Shown one piece after another: positions 19,028 to 28,445 of a stretch of DNA of 64,000 nt. The stretch's first letter is position 1, and each line of letters starts with the position of its first letter. The stretch is from a virus. Taxonomy: Duplodnaviria; Caudoviricetes. The notes beneath the pieces are model-generated. The model was given only the letters and a program-made list of their open reading frames with translations. It did no database searches and was not told where the DNA came from. The DNA lies in the IMG/VR virus record IMGVR_UViG_3300025389_001063, one strand, 5' to 3'. The position numbers and the translations under genes are program-made.

Positions 19028-20443
19028 ATGGCAGAGTACTCTTACGACATACAGAAACTTTATTTGGAGATGTTCTTAGCAGACGCAGAATCGTTTGTGA
19101 GAGTACAAAACATCTTTGATCCACAGTCATTTGATCGTAAACTACAACCAGTTGCAGAAAAACTTAAAGTATATGTAGACAAATATAAGGTAATGCCTGA
19201 ACTAAAAATTATTAAGGCAGATACTGGACTTGACTTACAAGATGCTACAGATGTTCCTAAGGAAAATTATGAATGGCTGCTTGATGAGTTTGAGAAGTTT
19301 GCTAGACATAAAGCCTTAGAACGTGCAATCCTCGAATGCGCAGACTTGCTTGGAAAAGGCGATTATGGTCCTGTAGAAGCAAAGATTAAGGCTGCGGTAC
19401 AAATTAGTCTTGCTAAAGATATGGGCACTGATTATTTCTTTGATCCGAGAAGTAGACTTCTGAAACTTAAAGATAATAATGGACAGGTATCTACTGGATG
19501 GAAGGCTATAGATCAAAAACTCTATGGCGGCTTTAATCGAGGAGAACTGAATATCTTTGCAGGTGGTTCTGGTGCTGGTAAGAGTTTGTTCCTACAGAAT
19601 CTTGCTGTTAACTTTTCTTCAGTTGGACTTAATGTTCTTTATGTCTCATTAGAACTTAGTGAAGAACTTACATCTATGCGTATTGATAGTATGATTACCG
19701 GTGTTACTACTAGAGAAATTTTTAAACAGATTGATGACGTTGAAATTAAAGTTAAAGTCGCAGGTAAAAAGGGCGGAGCAATACAAGTTAAGTATATGCC
19801 CAGTGGTAAGAATGTTAATGACTTAAGAGCATATGTAAAAGAATATTCAATTAGAAAAGGCTTCATGCCCGATGCTATCTTAATCGATTACTTAGATCTA
19901 TTAATGCCAATGGGCGTTAAAGTTAGTGCTGAAAACTTGTTTATTAAAGACAAATATGTATCAGAAGAACTTAGAAACTTTGGCATGGAGATTAAGGCAG
20001 TACTCGTAACAGCAAGTCAGTTAAACAGAGCAGCAGTTGAAGAAGTTGAATTTGATCACAGTCATATTAGTGGCGGACTTAGTAAGATACAGACAGCAGA
20101 TAATGTTATTGGTATCTTTACAAGTAGAGCAATGAGAGAACGTGGACGTTATCAAATTCAATTTATGAAGACAAGATCCTCTAGTGGTGTTGGACAGAAA
20201 GTTGATCTAGCTTTTGATCCAGATACACTGAGAATTAGTGATTGCGACGATGACGATGACGATATGAATCAGTCAGGTGGTCGTAGCAAGATTGCTGATA
20301 GTATTAAAAGTAGAACTACGGTAACACCAAATACTCCGGCAAATGATCCAATTAAGGATATGGCTAAAATTAGAGCAACAACAGGTAGTAGCAAATTAAG
20401 AGAACTATTAGGAAATTTGAATAATAACGAAGACGATCTATAA
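19028..20443 (+). CDS. dnaB: gp41/DnaB-like replicative helicase
   Basis: GGSGAGKS, LELSEE, IDYLDL, TASQLNR, QFMKTR. Confidence 0.92.
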   Translation: MAEYSYDIQKLYLEMFLADAESFVRVQNIFDPQSFDRKLQPVAEKLKVYVDKYKVMPELKIIKADTGLDLQDATDVPKENYEWLLDEFEKFARHKALERAILECADLLGKGDYGPVEAKIKAAVQISLAKDMGTDYFFDPRSRLLKLKDNNGQVSTGWKAIDQKLYGGFNRGELNIFAGGSGAGKSLFLQNLAVNFSSVGLNVLYVSLELSEELTSMRIDSMITGVTTREIFKQIDDVEIKVKVAGKKGGAIQVKYMPSGKNVNDLRAYVKEYSIRKGFMPDAILIDYLDLLMPMGVKVSAENLFIKDKYVSEELRNFGMEIKAVLVTASQLNRAAVEEVEFDHSHISGGLSKIQTADNVIGIFTSRAMRERGRYQIQFMKTRSSSGVGQKVDLAFDPDTLRISDCDDDDDDMNQSGGRSKIADSIKSRTTVTPNTPANDPIKDMAKIRATTGSSKLRELLGNLNNNEDDL

Positions 20444-20451
20444 ATATTCCC

Positions 20452-21114
20452 ATGACTATACAAATCTTTGGCGATAGTGCTACAAGACATTTTAGAATGC
20501 TTAAAGACAGTTGGATTGAAAAACTGTCAAAAAAATTAGGTCAAGATCTTTTTATCTACGGAAAAGTAATTGGAGATCTGAATATATTATACGCTGCATA
20601 CTATCATCAAAAAAATAATATTAAAGATAATGATGTAGTTATTATATGCTTGTCAGTTATTGAAAATACATTAGACGAATCAGAATTACTTCGCTTTATA
20701 ATAGATCTAAATAATCTTTCGAAAGAAAAAAACTTAAAGACAATAGTCTTTACCCTTTTCGATACTGTTAATAATTTTTTAGATCCAATTAAAGATCAAT
20801 ATCCCTATATACACTTCGCTCATGGAAAATATAGTGATGTTGCAAGAAATGAATGGAAATCAGAACATCTCGAACAACAAGGTTACGAATGGTTAATATT
20901 TCACGACATTAGAGTTAATCATATGATTAAATCAAATCATAAAATATTATTCAAAAAAATTATGAACTTTATTAATAATAACACTCCTATTGATCTTACT
21001 GATGGATTTAAAAAAGAAATTATAGATATAGATCTACTTAATAATGAAGAATTTCAAAAAGATGAACTGTTTAATGGATTTGTTACAAGAGCAGTTGGAA
21101 TACAATCAAAATGA
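20452..21114 (+). CDS. SGNH/GDSL-like protein, family A paralog 1
   Basis: QIFGDS ... DIRVNHMIKSNH; TAAATA 5 nt before ATG. Confidence 0.7.
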   Translation: MTIQIFGDSATRHFRMLKDSWIEKLSKKLGQDLFIYGKVIGDLNILYAAYYHQKNNIKDNDVVIICLSVIENTLDESELLRFIIDLNNLSKEKNLKTIVFTLFDTVNNFLDPIKDQYPYIHFAHGKYSDVARNEWKSEHLEQQGYEWLIFHDIRVNHMIKSNHKILFKKIMNFINNNTPIDLTDGFKKEIIDIDLLNNEEFQKDELFNGFVTRAVGIQSK

Positions 21115-21854
21115 CTATTTGGACCTTTGGCGATAGCTTTTCAAAACATTTTGAACATTTACCCGATAGTTGGGTTGAACGAACATCTAAATTATTAAAA
21201 CAAGATGTAAAATCTTATTCTAAACCACTGTCAACTCTTGAATATATGTTTTACAAATTTAACGAGGAAAGAGACAATATACAAGATAACGATATTGTTA
21301 TAATTACAGTCACTACTTTAATAAGAAGGTGGTTCTTTAAAGATTATCCATTTAGAGTTTTAGATCTCACTGAAGATCAAATTAATGCATTTCAAAATTA
21401 TATGAAATATCTAAGTCATTTTGACGAAATGCATAAAACATTTCTAATCAATTTTTTATACAACTTAAATCATTTTACAGAAAAGAAAAATCTTCATACT
21501 ATCATCTTACCAAACTTTTTTGATTTTGATTCACTGCTTGCCGATCTATATAGAAATAATGAAATTCCAGCATTACATATAGCAAGAGGAAGAATAGGAA
21601 TTATTAGCGATTATGAATTTAAATCAGATATAGTAGCCATGAGTGGTGTTGATTGGTTTATGAAAAGTGATATTAGATTTAATCATTTAATTAAATCAAA
21701 TCATAAAATTCTATCAGATAAGATTATTGATAATATTAAAAATAAAACTCCCATTGATCTAAACAATCAAATGATACAGGGTGTACTTGATAATAGATTA
21801 CTAACAGACCCCATAGTATTCAAAGACGAATTGTTCGAAGGAGCAATAAAGTGA
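21111..21854 (+). CDS. SGNH/GDSL-like protein, family A paralog 2
   Basis: WTFGDSF, RRWFF, DIRFNHLIKSNH. Confidence 0.75.
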   Translation: MTIWTFGDSFSKHFEHLPDSWVERTSKLLKQDVKSYSKPLSTLEYMFYKFNEERDNIQDNDIVIITVTTLIRRWFFKDYPFRVLDLTEDQINAFQNYMKYLSHFDEMHKTFLINFLYNLNHFTEKKNLHTIILPNFFDFDSLLADLYRNNEIPALHIARGRIGIISDYEFKSDIVAMSGVDWFMKSDIRFNHLIKSNHKILSDKIIDNIKNKTPIDLNNQMIQGVLDNRLLTDPIVFKDELFEGAIK

Positions 21855-22606
21855 CTATGTGGATCTTTGGTGATTGTCCCGCTAGATATTTTAAATACTT
21901 GCCCGATAGTTGGATACAGAATGTTGCTACTACTTTAAATCAAAAAGTAATTAGTTGCGTTAAAACTAGATCAAGTTTAGAATATACTTACTATAGGTTT
22001 AATCAAAAAGAATCAGATATAAAAGAAAATGATATTATCATAATGTCTCTTAATACCCTTGAGAAAAGATGGTTTTTTGAAGATCCTATCTTAGATCCAG
22101 GCGAACCGGGAACAGAGAAAAAGACAAAAGCAATTAAAAACTATTATAGATACTTGTGGTTCTTAGAAGAAATAACTGAAGTATATTTTACAAACTTTTT
22201 ATATCACTTAGATTACTTTGCTTTAAAAAAAAATGTACATATTATAGTACTTCCAAATTTTATCGATGCTGACAATATAGTGAGAAAATATCAAAAAGAA
22301 TTAAAAAATTTACACTTTCCAATTGGTAAATTTGGGGATTTGTCAAAGGAAGAATGGAAAACAGAATTCCTAAACAAATATGGCCCAGGATGGTTTGCTA
22401 AAAATGATGTGAGAGTTAATCATGCAATTAAATCAAATCATATCATTATGAAAGATAAAGTAATTGATAATATACTATATAAAAAACCTATAGATCTTAC
22501 ACAAGGATTTATTATTAATATATTAGATGATAAAGTTATACAAGATCCTGACTTTATTAAAAATGAACTATTTGATGGCTTTATGGCAAAAGCTCGAGGA
22601 GAATAA
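21851..22606 (+). CDS. SGNH/GDSL-like protein, family A paralog 3 (Ser->Cys)
   Basis: WIFGDC, KRWFF, DVRVNHAIKSNH; GTG start. Confidence 0.7.
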   Translation: MTMWIFGDCPARYFKYLPDSWIQNVATTLNQKVISCVKTRSSLEYTYYRFNQKESDIKENDIIIMSLNTLEKRWFFEDPILDPGEPGTEKKTKAIKNYYRYLWFLEEITEVYFTNFLYHLDYFALKKNVHIIVLPNFIDADNIVRKYQKELKNLHFPIGKFGDLSKEEWKTEFLNKYGPGWFAKNDVRVNHAIKSNHIIMKDKVIDNILYKKPIDLTQGFIINILDDKVIQDPDFIKNELFDGFMAKARGE

Positions 22607-22607
22607 A

Positions 22608-23348
22608 ATGACACTATGGGTATTCGGTGATAGCTTTGCACAGATGAAAGATAATACTCCAGAACAATGGATGCAGAAAGCAGCAACAGATCTAGGAACT
22701 ACACCTTGGTCGATGGGACTTAATGGATCTAGTTTGGAATTCACTTATCATAGGTTTAATATTGCTAGAAAAAAGATTGAAGGAAATGACGTTGTAGTGC
22801 TTGTACTTACTGGACTAGATCGTCGTTGGTTCTTTAAAGATTTTCCTGGACATAATAGTAATACTAGCCCTAGAGGTGATAAGAAAGAAACTAAGGCAAT
22901 AGAACTATACAGAGAACACTTAGACTTTAATCCCGATGTACATAAAGTTTATCTAATCGATTTTCTTTTTAATGTACATGCACTAACTGAAAAATTAAAT
23001 CTTCATACTATTATAATAGCAAACTTTTTAGACGTATATGACTTCCTTTTAGATAAAAGAAATAGATTCCCGTTATTCAACTTTGCTAACGGTATACTTC
23101 TCGATGTTAGTATGTACGAATATACTTACGAATTTTTTGATAAAGATAATCAAGGAAAAACTTACGGTGATAACGATCGTAGATTAAATCACTTATTGAA
23201 AACTAATCATTTGATACTTGCTAAAAAAATTGTTGAAAATGTTAAAAATAAAACTACTATCGATCTTACAACTGAATTTGAAAAACACTTAATGTCTGAA
23301 GATGCAGTTAATGATCCAACCTTTTCTAAAAACGAACTGTTTCAATGA
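22608..23348 (+). CDS. SGNH/GDSL-like protein, family A paralog 4
   Basis: WVFGDSF, GSSLEF, RRWFF, DRRLNHLLKTNH; start ATG 22608 after GAGGAG. Confidence 0.75.
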   Translation: MTLWVFGDSFAQMKDNTPEQWMQKAATDLGTTPWSMGLNGSSLEFTYHRFNIARKKIEGNDVVVLVLTGLDRRWFFKDFPGHNSNTSPRGDKKETKAIELYREHLDFNPDVHKVYLIDFLFNVHALTEKLNLHTIIIANFLDVYDFLLDKRNRFPLFNFANGILLDVSMYEYTYEFFDKDNQGKTYGDNDRRLNHLLKTNHLILAKKIVENVKNKTTIDLTTEFEKHLMSEDAVNDPTFSKNELFQ

Positions 23349-24127
23349 TATGGGTGTTTGGCGATAGTTATGCTCATCAATATCCCGGTCTTCAAGACCA
23401 ATGGATGAATAGAATAGCAAGAGAACTCGATCAAGATATTAAATGCTTTGGACTGGTTGGATCTAGTGCTGAATACACTTATACAAAATTTTACGAATAC
23501 GAACAAAATATCAATTATAAAGATATCGTTATAATAACACTTACTACACATAGCAGAAGATGGTTTTTTAAATCATATCCCGAACATACTGCTACTCCGG
23601 ATACAGATACTAAAGGTTACACTTGTACACAAACTAGCCCCACTAATAATCTAAAAGAAAACGAAGCATTAGAATACTTTACAAAATATCTTTATAACGA
23701 AGATGCTTACTTAGAATATGTTACTAATTTTCTATATCACTTAGATTACTTAACACAAAAAAAATATCTCCACACTATCGTTCTTATTAATTTTTACGAT
23801 ACAGATAATTGGATTAAAAATAAAAAATCTCTGTGGCCCAATATACAGTTTAGTATTGATAAATTGGTTACTCCTAGTTTTGATGAATACTCTAAAGATT
23901 TCTTTTATAATTACGACTTTTCAGCAGGTATTAAAGATATTAGAGTTAATCACTTTATAAAATCAAATCATATCATACTGGCAAAGAAAATAATTGATAA
24001 TATCAATAATAATATATCAATCGATTTAACAAATGGCTTTATAAAAAATGTCATTACTGTTGATAAAATTAAAGATCAAAACTGGATAAAAAACGAAACT
24101 TTTAATCTCGCTGTGATGGTCTTTTAG
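23345..24127 (+). CDS. SGNH/GDSL-like protein, family A paralog 5
   Basis: WVFGDSY, GSSAEY, RRWFF, DIRVNHFIKSNH. Confidence 0.75.
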   Translation: MIWVFGDSYAHQYPGLQDQWMNRIARELDQDIKCFGLVGSSAEYTYTKFYEYEQNINYKDIVIITLTTHSRRWFFKSYPEHTATPDTDTKGYTCTQTSPTNNLKENEALEYFTKYLYNEDAYLEYVTNFLYHLDYLTQKKYLHTIVLINFYDTDNWIKNKKSLWPNIQFSIDKLVTPSFDEYSKDFFYNYDFSAGIKDIRVNHFIKSNHIILAKKIIDNINNNISIDLTNGFIKNVITVDKIKDQNWIKNETFNLAVMVF

Positions 24128-24470
24128 TAGGCTTAAACTTTGCTACTGGACTCTTGGTATTAGTGCCTTGTAACTCTTTACTATCACCTGCACTAGATTC
24201 TTTATGGTTGATGCCTCTTAACTTGGTAACAACATCAATCATTTTGGCTTCTTCTTTAGTATAAGCAGTCATACAAGGACTGTCTTGTAATGGCTGACTT
24301 AATGATGGTTCTTCTACTTTACCATCAGAACCTACTTGTGCCATGTCTAAACTCATACGGTAGAATCTATAATATTGATCCATACCCGGAAAATATGTAG
24401 CACGGGTTAACGATGGATCAGTAAAATCCAACTTACGGGTTGTTTCATTTATAAATTCTCGTGCTCGCAT
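24102..24470 (-). CDS. Hypothetical late protein (MRAREFINE start)
   Basis: 122 aa; TAAATA 4 nt before ATG. Confidence 0.7.
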   Translation of the reverse strand: MRAREFINETTRKLDFTDPSLTRATYFPGMDQYYRFYRMSLDMAQVGSDGKVEEPSLSQPLQDSPCMTAYTKEEAKMIDVVTKLRGINHKESSAGDSKELQGTNTKSPVAKFKPTKRPSQRD

Positions 24471-24477
24471 ATAGTAT

Positions 24478-24825
24478 TTATTCTATTTCACTAGAGCCGT
24501 ATAACTCTGGATGATTAGCACAATATAACTTGACTAATATACCCGCAGCATACGTGGCTTCAATTTCTAGGTCAACATGACTCTTTGTTGACCCTACTTC
24601 ATTCTGACGGTGATGGGTTAACTCATGAGCAATGGTCCTCAAAATATCAACTATGTTACGACCATACACTTCAACAGTTGTTGAGTTTTTATCTGGATAA
24701 TATATCCCAAAAGTTTTATTACTTGTGGCAAAATTAGGGTCGTTGTCTATACGTACTTCTGGTATCTTATCCATACGTAACTTCTTGGCAACAAACTTTA
24801 CAAATTCATTAATAACTTTATCCAT
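24478..24825 (-). CDS. HExxH metallopeptidase-like protein
   Basis: LRTIAHELTHHRQ...EIEA; TAAATA 4 nt before ATG. Confidence 0.65.
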   Translation of the reverse strand: MDKVINEFVKFVAKKLRMDKIPEVRIDNDPNFATSNKTFGIYYPDKNSTTVEVYGRNIVDILRTIAHELTHHRQNEVGSTKSHVDLEIEATYAAGILVKLYCANHPELYGSSEIE

Positions 24826-24829
24826 AATG

Positions 24830-24844
24830 TATTTATTTTAAATA
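24830..24844. promoter_or_regulatory. Divergent late-type promoter pair
   Basis: TAAATA on - (24835-24830) and + (24839-24844), each 4 nt from an ATG. Confidence 0.6.
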
Positions 24845-24848
24845 ACAC

Positions 24849-25613
24849 ATGACTGTTTGGGTGTTTGGTGATAGCTTTGTAGATATACAACCTAATAGGG
24901 GAAACGTTTGGCCCCTCTTGATTGCACAAAAATTAAATCAAAATTTGAATTGCTTTGGCCAAGGTGGATCAGCTATAGAATATACATATTATCAATTTAA
25001 TGTTAATAGAGAATATATTAAAAATAACGATGTTGTAATCGTGGCACTAACTGATACTAATCGTCGTTGGTTCTTTAAAGATAAACCTGCTAATGCTGTC
25101 GATATCTATCAAAATACTAATGATGCTTACAAATATTACGCACTATATCTCGCAAATAATAACGAGATAATACCTACATATCTTATTAACTTTGTGGAAA
25201 ATTTAGAATACTTAAGAAAAAAATTAAACTGTCATATTATTGTAATTCCTTGCTTTGAAGTTATAGATAATATAATTAAACAAGGTAAAGCAGATTATCC
25301 ATATATAAACTTCAGCAACGGACATCTTTTTGATGTAAGCTATAAGGAATTTGATTTAAAATTTATACAGAGTTACGGATTATTAAAATATGCTAGAAAT
25401 GATCTTAGACCCAATCATATGATTAAATCAAATCATATCATACTGGCAGATAAGATCGTGAATAATATAAAAAATCAAGAACCCATTGTGTTTGATACTT
25501 TTGTCAAATATGTGCTGAATGAACACAATTTAACTAACAAAGAATACAGTATAAATGAATTATATAATGCACACTTAAATGAAGAACTTTGGAACTTCCA
25601 TCAATTTGGTTGA
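24849..25613 (+). CDS. SGNH/GDSL-like protein, family A paralog 6
   Basis: WVFGDSF, GGSAIEY, RRWFF, DLRPNHMIKSNH. Confidence 0.75.
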   Translation: MTVWVFGDSFVDIQPNRGNVWPLLIAQKLNQNLNCFGQGGSAIEYTYYQFNVNREYIKNNDVVIVALTDTNRRWFFKDKPANAVDIYQNTNDAYKYYALYLANNNEIIPTYLINFVENLEYLRKKLNCHIIVIPCFEVIDNIIKQGKADYPYINFSNGHLFDVSYKEFDLKFIQSYGLLKYARNDLRPNHMIKSNHIILADKIVNNIKNQEPIVFDTFVKYVLNEHNLTNKEYSINELYNAHLNEELWNFHQFG

Positions 25614-25756
25614 CGATGTCTGACTTGTGTTTTCTTGACTATGCGCTCACGATCAAGATTAAGAATAGGATCAAAATAAACAATACGAAAATCCTCCCCT
25701 AAATCAGAAAGAACTTCACACTCTATCCATTGGTTGTTAATTGATACTTCCCACAA
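25601..25756 (-). CDS. 51 aa hypothetical protein (not in track), paralog of 25723..25902
   Basis: TTG start; MWEVSINNQWIECEVL... matches MWLYHEDDDWVECELL... Confidence 0.55.
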   Translation of the reverse strand: MWEVSINNQWIECEVLSDLGEDFRIVYFDPILNLDRERIVKKTQVRHRQPN

Positions 25757-25902
25757 TCCACTACTTCCTTTATATCATCCCTAGATACTACTTTTTCTAT
25801 ATGATGAAAATCACTGTCATGATACTTAATTTGATAGTGCTCTAAAAATTCATGCAATAACTCACACTCAACCCAATCATCATCCTCATGGTATAACCAC
25901 AT
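25723..25902 (-). CDS. Small hypothetical protein
   Basis: ATG 25902 with AGGAG SD; WVECELL motif. Confidence 0.6.
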   Translation of the reverse strand: MWLYHEDDDWVECELLHEFLEHYQIKYHDSDFHHIEKVVSRDDIKEVVDCGKYQLTTNG

Positions 25903-25937
25903 CAGTCTCTCTCCTCGGAACCCAAGCCCCCGCACAG

Positions 25938-25961
25938 CCGCGAAGCGGTAGCGCGGTTTTT
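25938..25961. other. GC-rich hairpin with GCGAAGC mini-hairpin, followed by a T run
   Basis: CCGC-GAA-GCGG (25938-25948); alternative CCGCG/CGCGG stem then TTTTT. Confidence 0.5.
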
Positions 25962-25998
25962 AAACAAAAATTTCTATGCATAATATATATGCATTTAA

Positions 25999-26400
25999 TT
26001 ACTTTTTTGCGGGCGTAAAGAGTAACCACAAAGATACTAACAAATCAATCGCAACTAAACAATAAGTCACAATACTCTCGGGCTCCCCATAACTATGTAT
26101 ACTCGTTACTAACCATAATCCACTTATCCACCATATATGTACAGTGTCAAGCCCCATGGAACGTAGACGCTTGATTACTAACACTACTGATGTATATGCG
26201 GCGTTGCTTAAGGCTAATAACAGTAAAGATATACTTAATACTACAAAGAAAGAGCCTTCTGAATCTAATACTGGATTGATCAAGGCTAATAAAATACAAC
26301 TGACTAACGACGATAATAAACCATACATGAAATACTCTAATCGACCTAATGAACCATCCCAACTATACATGGTATTGAATACATTCCGCAATTGATCCAT
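25999..26400 (-). CDS. DUF805 (YhaH-like) inner-membrane protein
   Basis: WDGSLGRLEYF, IKRLRSMG, 3-4 hydrophobic helices; GAGGAG SD before ATG 26400. Confidence 0.75.
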   Translation of the reverse strand: MDQLRNVFNTMYSWDGSLGRLEYFMYGLLSSLVSCILLALINPVLDSEGSFFVVLSISLLLLALSNAAYTSVVLVIKRLRSMGLDTVHIWWISGLWLVTSIHSYGEPESIVTYCLVAIDLLVSLWLLFTPAKK

Positions 26401-26475
26401 AAAATTGCTCCTCATATTAGTGCTTATAAATATAACACAAATTTAATTAAAACACAATATTATTTGGAGTTTATA

Positions 26476-27249
26476 ATGACCGTTTGGGTGTTTGGCGATA
26501 GCTTTGCTACGCTTATTGATAAATCTGAAAATCAAAAACAATATATGGAAATCATTGCTGATCATTATAATACAGATTTGAAAACTTTTGGAATTTGTGG
26601 AACTAATTTAGAATATACTTACAACGAATTCCACAGAGAACGTGATAATATACAAAATGGCGATATACTGATTATAACAACTACTGTGATAGCAAGAAGA
26701 TGGTTCTTTGAATGTAACCCTGATCTTGCTGCTGACGATCTTGGAAGAGAGTATAGCGAAACTCAAAGTATTAAACGATATAGAGCATTCTTGGATACTA
26801 ACTATGTTCCACATAGAATTAACTTCTTTAATTTCCTCTATACAGTTAATGAACTTAGTGAAAAATTGAATCTTAAAACTATGGTGCTATGCGTTTGTAT
26901 AGATACTGAAGAAATATTAGAAAACTTTAAAAATAAAATACCAAAGGTACATATAGCAAAAGGACTGTTGAACGACGATCTATACTTAAAAGAAATGACT
27001 GACGAATTTAAAAACTACTACGAAAGTCTTGCTTATGATAAACGTGGAGACCCAAGACCTAATCATATGATTAAATCAAATCATATTATATTAGCAGATA
27101 AAATTATAAATCATATCAATCAAGGTACTGATATTGATCTAACACAAGGATTTGTCGAAAAATATATAGGATTTAAAGATGAACAAGATTATACCGATGA
27201 ATTCTTTGGTTTTGCTTGGGATACTTTTGTAGATAGATCTAGTAAATAA
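26476..27249 (+). CDS. SGNH/GDSL-like protein, family A paralog 7
   Basis: WVFGDSF, GTNLEY, RRWFF, DPRPNHMIKSNH; ATG 26476 after GGAG. Confidence 0.75.
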   Translation: MTVWVFGDSFATLIDKSENQKQYMEIIADHYNTDLKTFGICGTNLEYTYNEFHRERDNIQNGDILIITTTVIARRWFFECNPDLAADDLGREYSETQSIKRYRAFLDTNYVPHRINFFNFLYTVNELSEKLNLKTMVLCVCIDTEEILENFKNKIPKVHIAKGLLNDDLYLKEMTDEFKNYYESLAYDKRGDPRPNHMIKSNHIILADKIINHINQGTDIDLTQGFVEKYIGFKDEQDYTDEFFGFAWDTFVDRSSK

Positions 27250-27253
27250 TAAC

Positions 27254-28048
27254 ATGACTATATGGGCGTTTGGCGATAGCTTTATCGGCGATTTTAAAAA
27301 TTTAAATTATAAATCAGAACAAAAGAAACGAGGTATTAAACCTTGGATTAGAGCAATTGGAGAACAACTAAATCAATCAGTTGTTAATCATGGATGCCCA
27401 GGTTCGAGCCCAGATTATACATATCATATGTTTAGACAAGAACGCGATAATATACAAGATAATGACATTTTGATAGTGGGTATAAGTAATTTGTTTAGAA
27501 GATGGTTTATTAAAGATAAACCGAATAATACTATGCTTAATAATAAAAAATCAATATCAGAACAACATACAAGCGCAGAGTTTATGAAGGCTGTAAAATA
27601 CTACTTGATACATCTAAATCATGAGGAATTATACGAAACTTACTGTATAGACTTCTTATACAATCTTGATCACTTAACTAAAGAAAAAAACTTACATACT
27701 ATACTGCTACCACTTATGTACTACGAATACGAATGGTTGAATACAGATTATAGACATAAATTTAATAACTTTCACTGGCCCAATATGCCCTTAACTAATG
27801 TACATAGTAATGAATATGAAAAATGGTACTTTGAACGTATACATGATATAATTGGTATGGATGGAAAATACAATCATTTGACTTGGACTAATCATGCTAT
27901 ACTAACTAACAAAATAGTGAATAATATATCTTATAAGATTCCTCTAGACTTTAAAACAGAGTTTGTTGAAGGTATTATTACTCATAAAACAATACAGAGC
28001 CCAAAATTTATAGAACGTGAATTTGCTGCTGCACCAGATTTTGGGTGA
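27254..28048 (+). CDS. SGNH/GDSL-like protein, family A paralog 8
   Basis: WAFGDSF, GSSPDY, RRWF, DGKYNHLTWTNH; TAAATA 5 nt before ATG. Confidence 0.75.
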   Translation: MTIWAFGDSFIGDFKNLNYKSEQKKRGIKPWIRAIGEQLNQSVVNHGCPGSSPDYTYHMFRQERDNIQDNDILIVGISNLFRRWFIKDKPNNTMLNNKKSISEQHTSAEFMKAVKYYLIHLNHEELYETYCIDFLYNLDHLTKEKNLHTILLPLMYYEYEWLNTDYRHKFNNFHWPNMPLTNVHSNEYEKWYFERIHDIIGMDGKYNHLTWTNHAILTNKIVNNISYKIPLDFKTEFVEGIITHKTIQSPKFIEREFAAAPDFG

Positions 28049-28281
28049 CCATGAAAGCATATACTAGACCCTTTTCCCACTATATCTATACAGTGGAGAT
28101 GAATAAAAACATTATTATTCCACAACAAATACGTGATTGGTTGACAACTAAAGATCAGCCCTTTGACGAATCACACGTTGCTTATGCTAGTAATAATAAT
28201 TACGTGATTGCTTTTGAATACGCAGATGATGCTTATTACTTTATTGCTTATATGGAACATCTAGAAGTAGACTACTTATAA
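28045..28281 (+). CDS. Small hypothetical protein
   Basis: QIRDWL...FEYADDAYYF, resembles the 45-52 kb family. Confidence 0.6.
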   Translation: MTMKAYTRPFSHYIYTVEMNKNIIIPQQIRDWLTTKDQPFDESHVAYASNNNYVIAFEYADDAYYFIAYMEHLEVDYL

Positions 28282-28334
28282 CTGTAGGGGACCCGACCTA
28301 TAGACACAGGAAAAAAATTGGTCGCGCATTTTTT

Positions 28335-28445
28335 TAAATATACGGAAAGTTTATCGGCCGGGTGGTGATTTTTACCCACTAGGCTTGTTTGTATGTAAAC
28401 AATAGACTTGCTTACTAAGCCGGCCACCCCACTCTGTTCATACCG
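28335..28445 (+). ncRNA. Candidate late-promoter-driven structured RNA at the strand-convergence point
   Basis: TAAATA 28335-40 with no downstream + ORF; nested stems GGGTGG/CCACCC, GGCTT/AAGCC, TTGTTT/AAACAA. Confidence 0.3.

Noticed and set aside
20243-20263. GAC/GAT trinucleotide run in the helicase gene
   Set aside because: In-frame poly-Asp linker; no evidence of phase variation.
2186-20443. Inteins or introns in uvsX, uvsW, primase and helicase
   Set aside because: Lengths and motif spacing are normal; no splice-junction or endonuclease insertions seen.
1221-20490. Many 60-120 aa track ORFs antisense or out of frame inside core genes (e.g. 1247..1597, 6744..6989, 10979..11290, 19639..19866)
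   Set aside because: They lie fully within well-supported genes, with no SD or motif; shadow ORFs.
25601-25756. Suspected frameshift in the small WxECE paralog
   Set aside because: On re-reading, the frame is intact from a TTG start.
20452-28048. SGNH paralogs as diversity-generating retroelement template/target pairs
   Set aside because: No reverse transcriptase in the window, and differences are not confined to adenines in a near-identical repeat.
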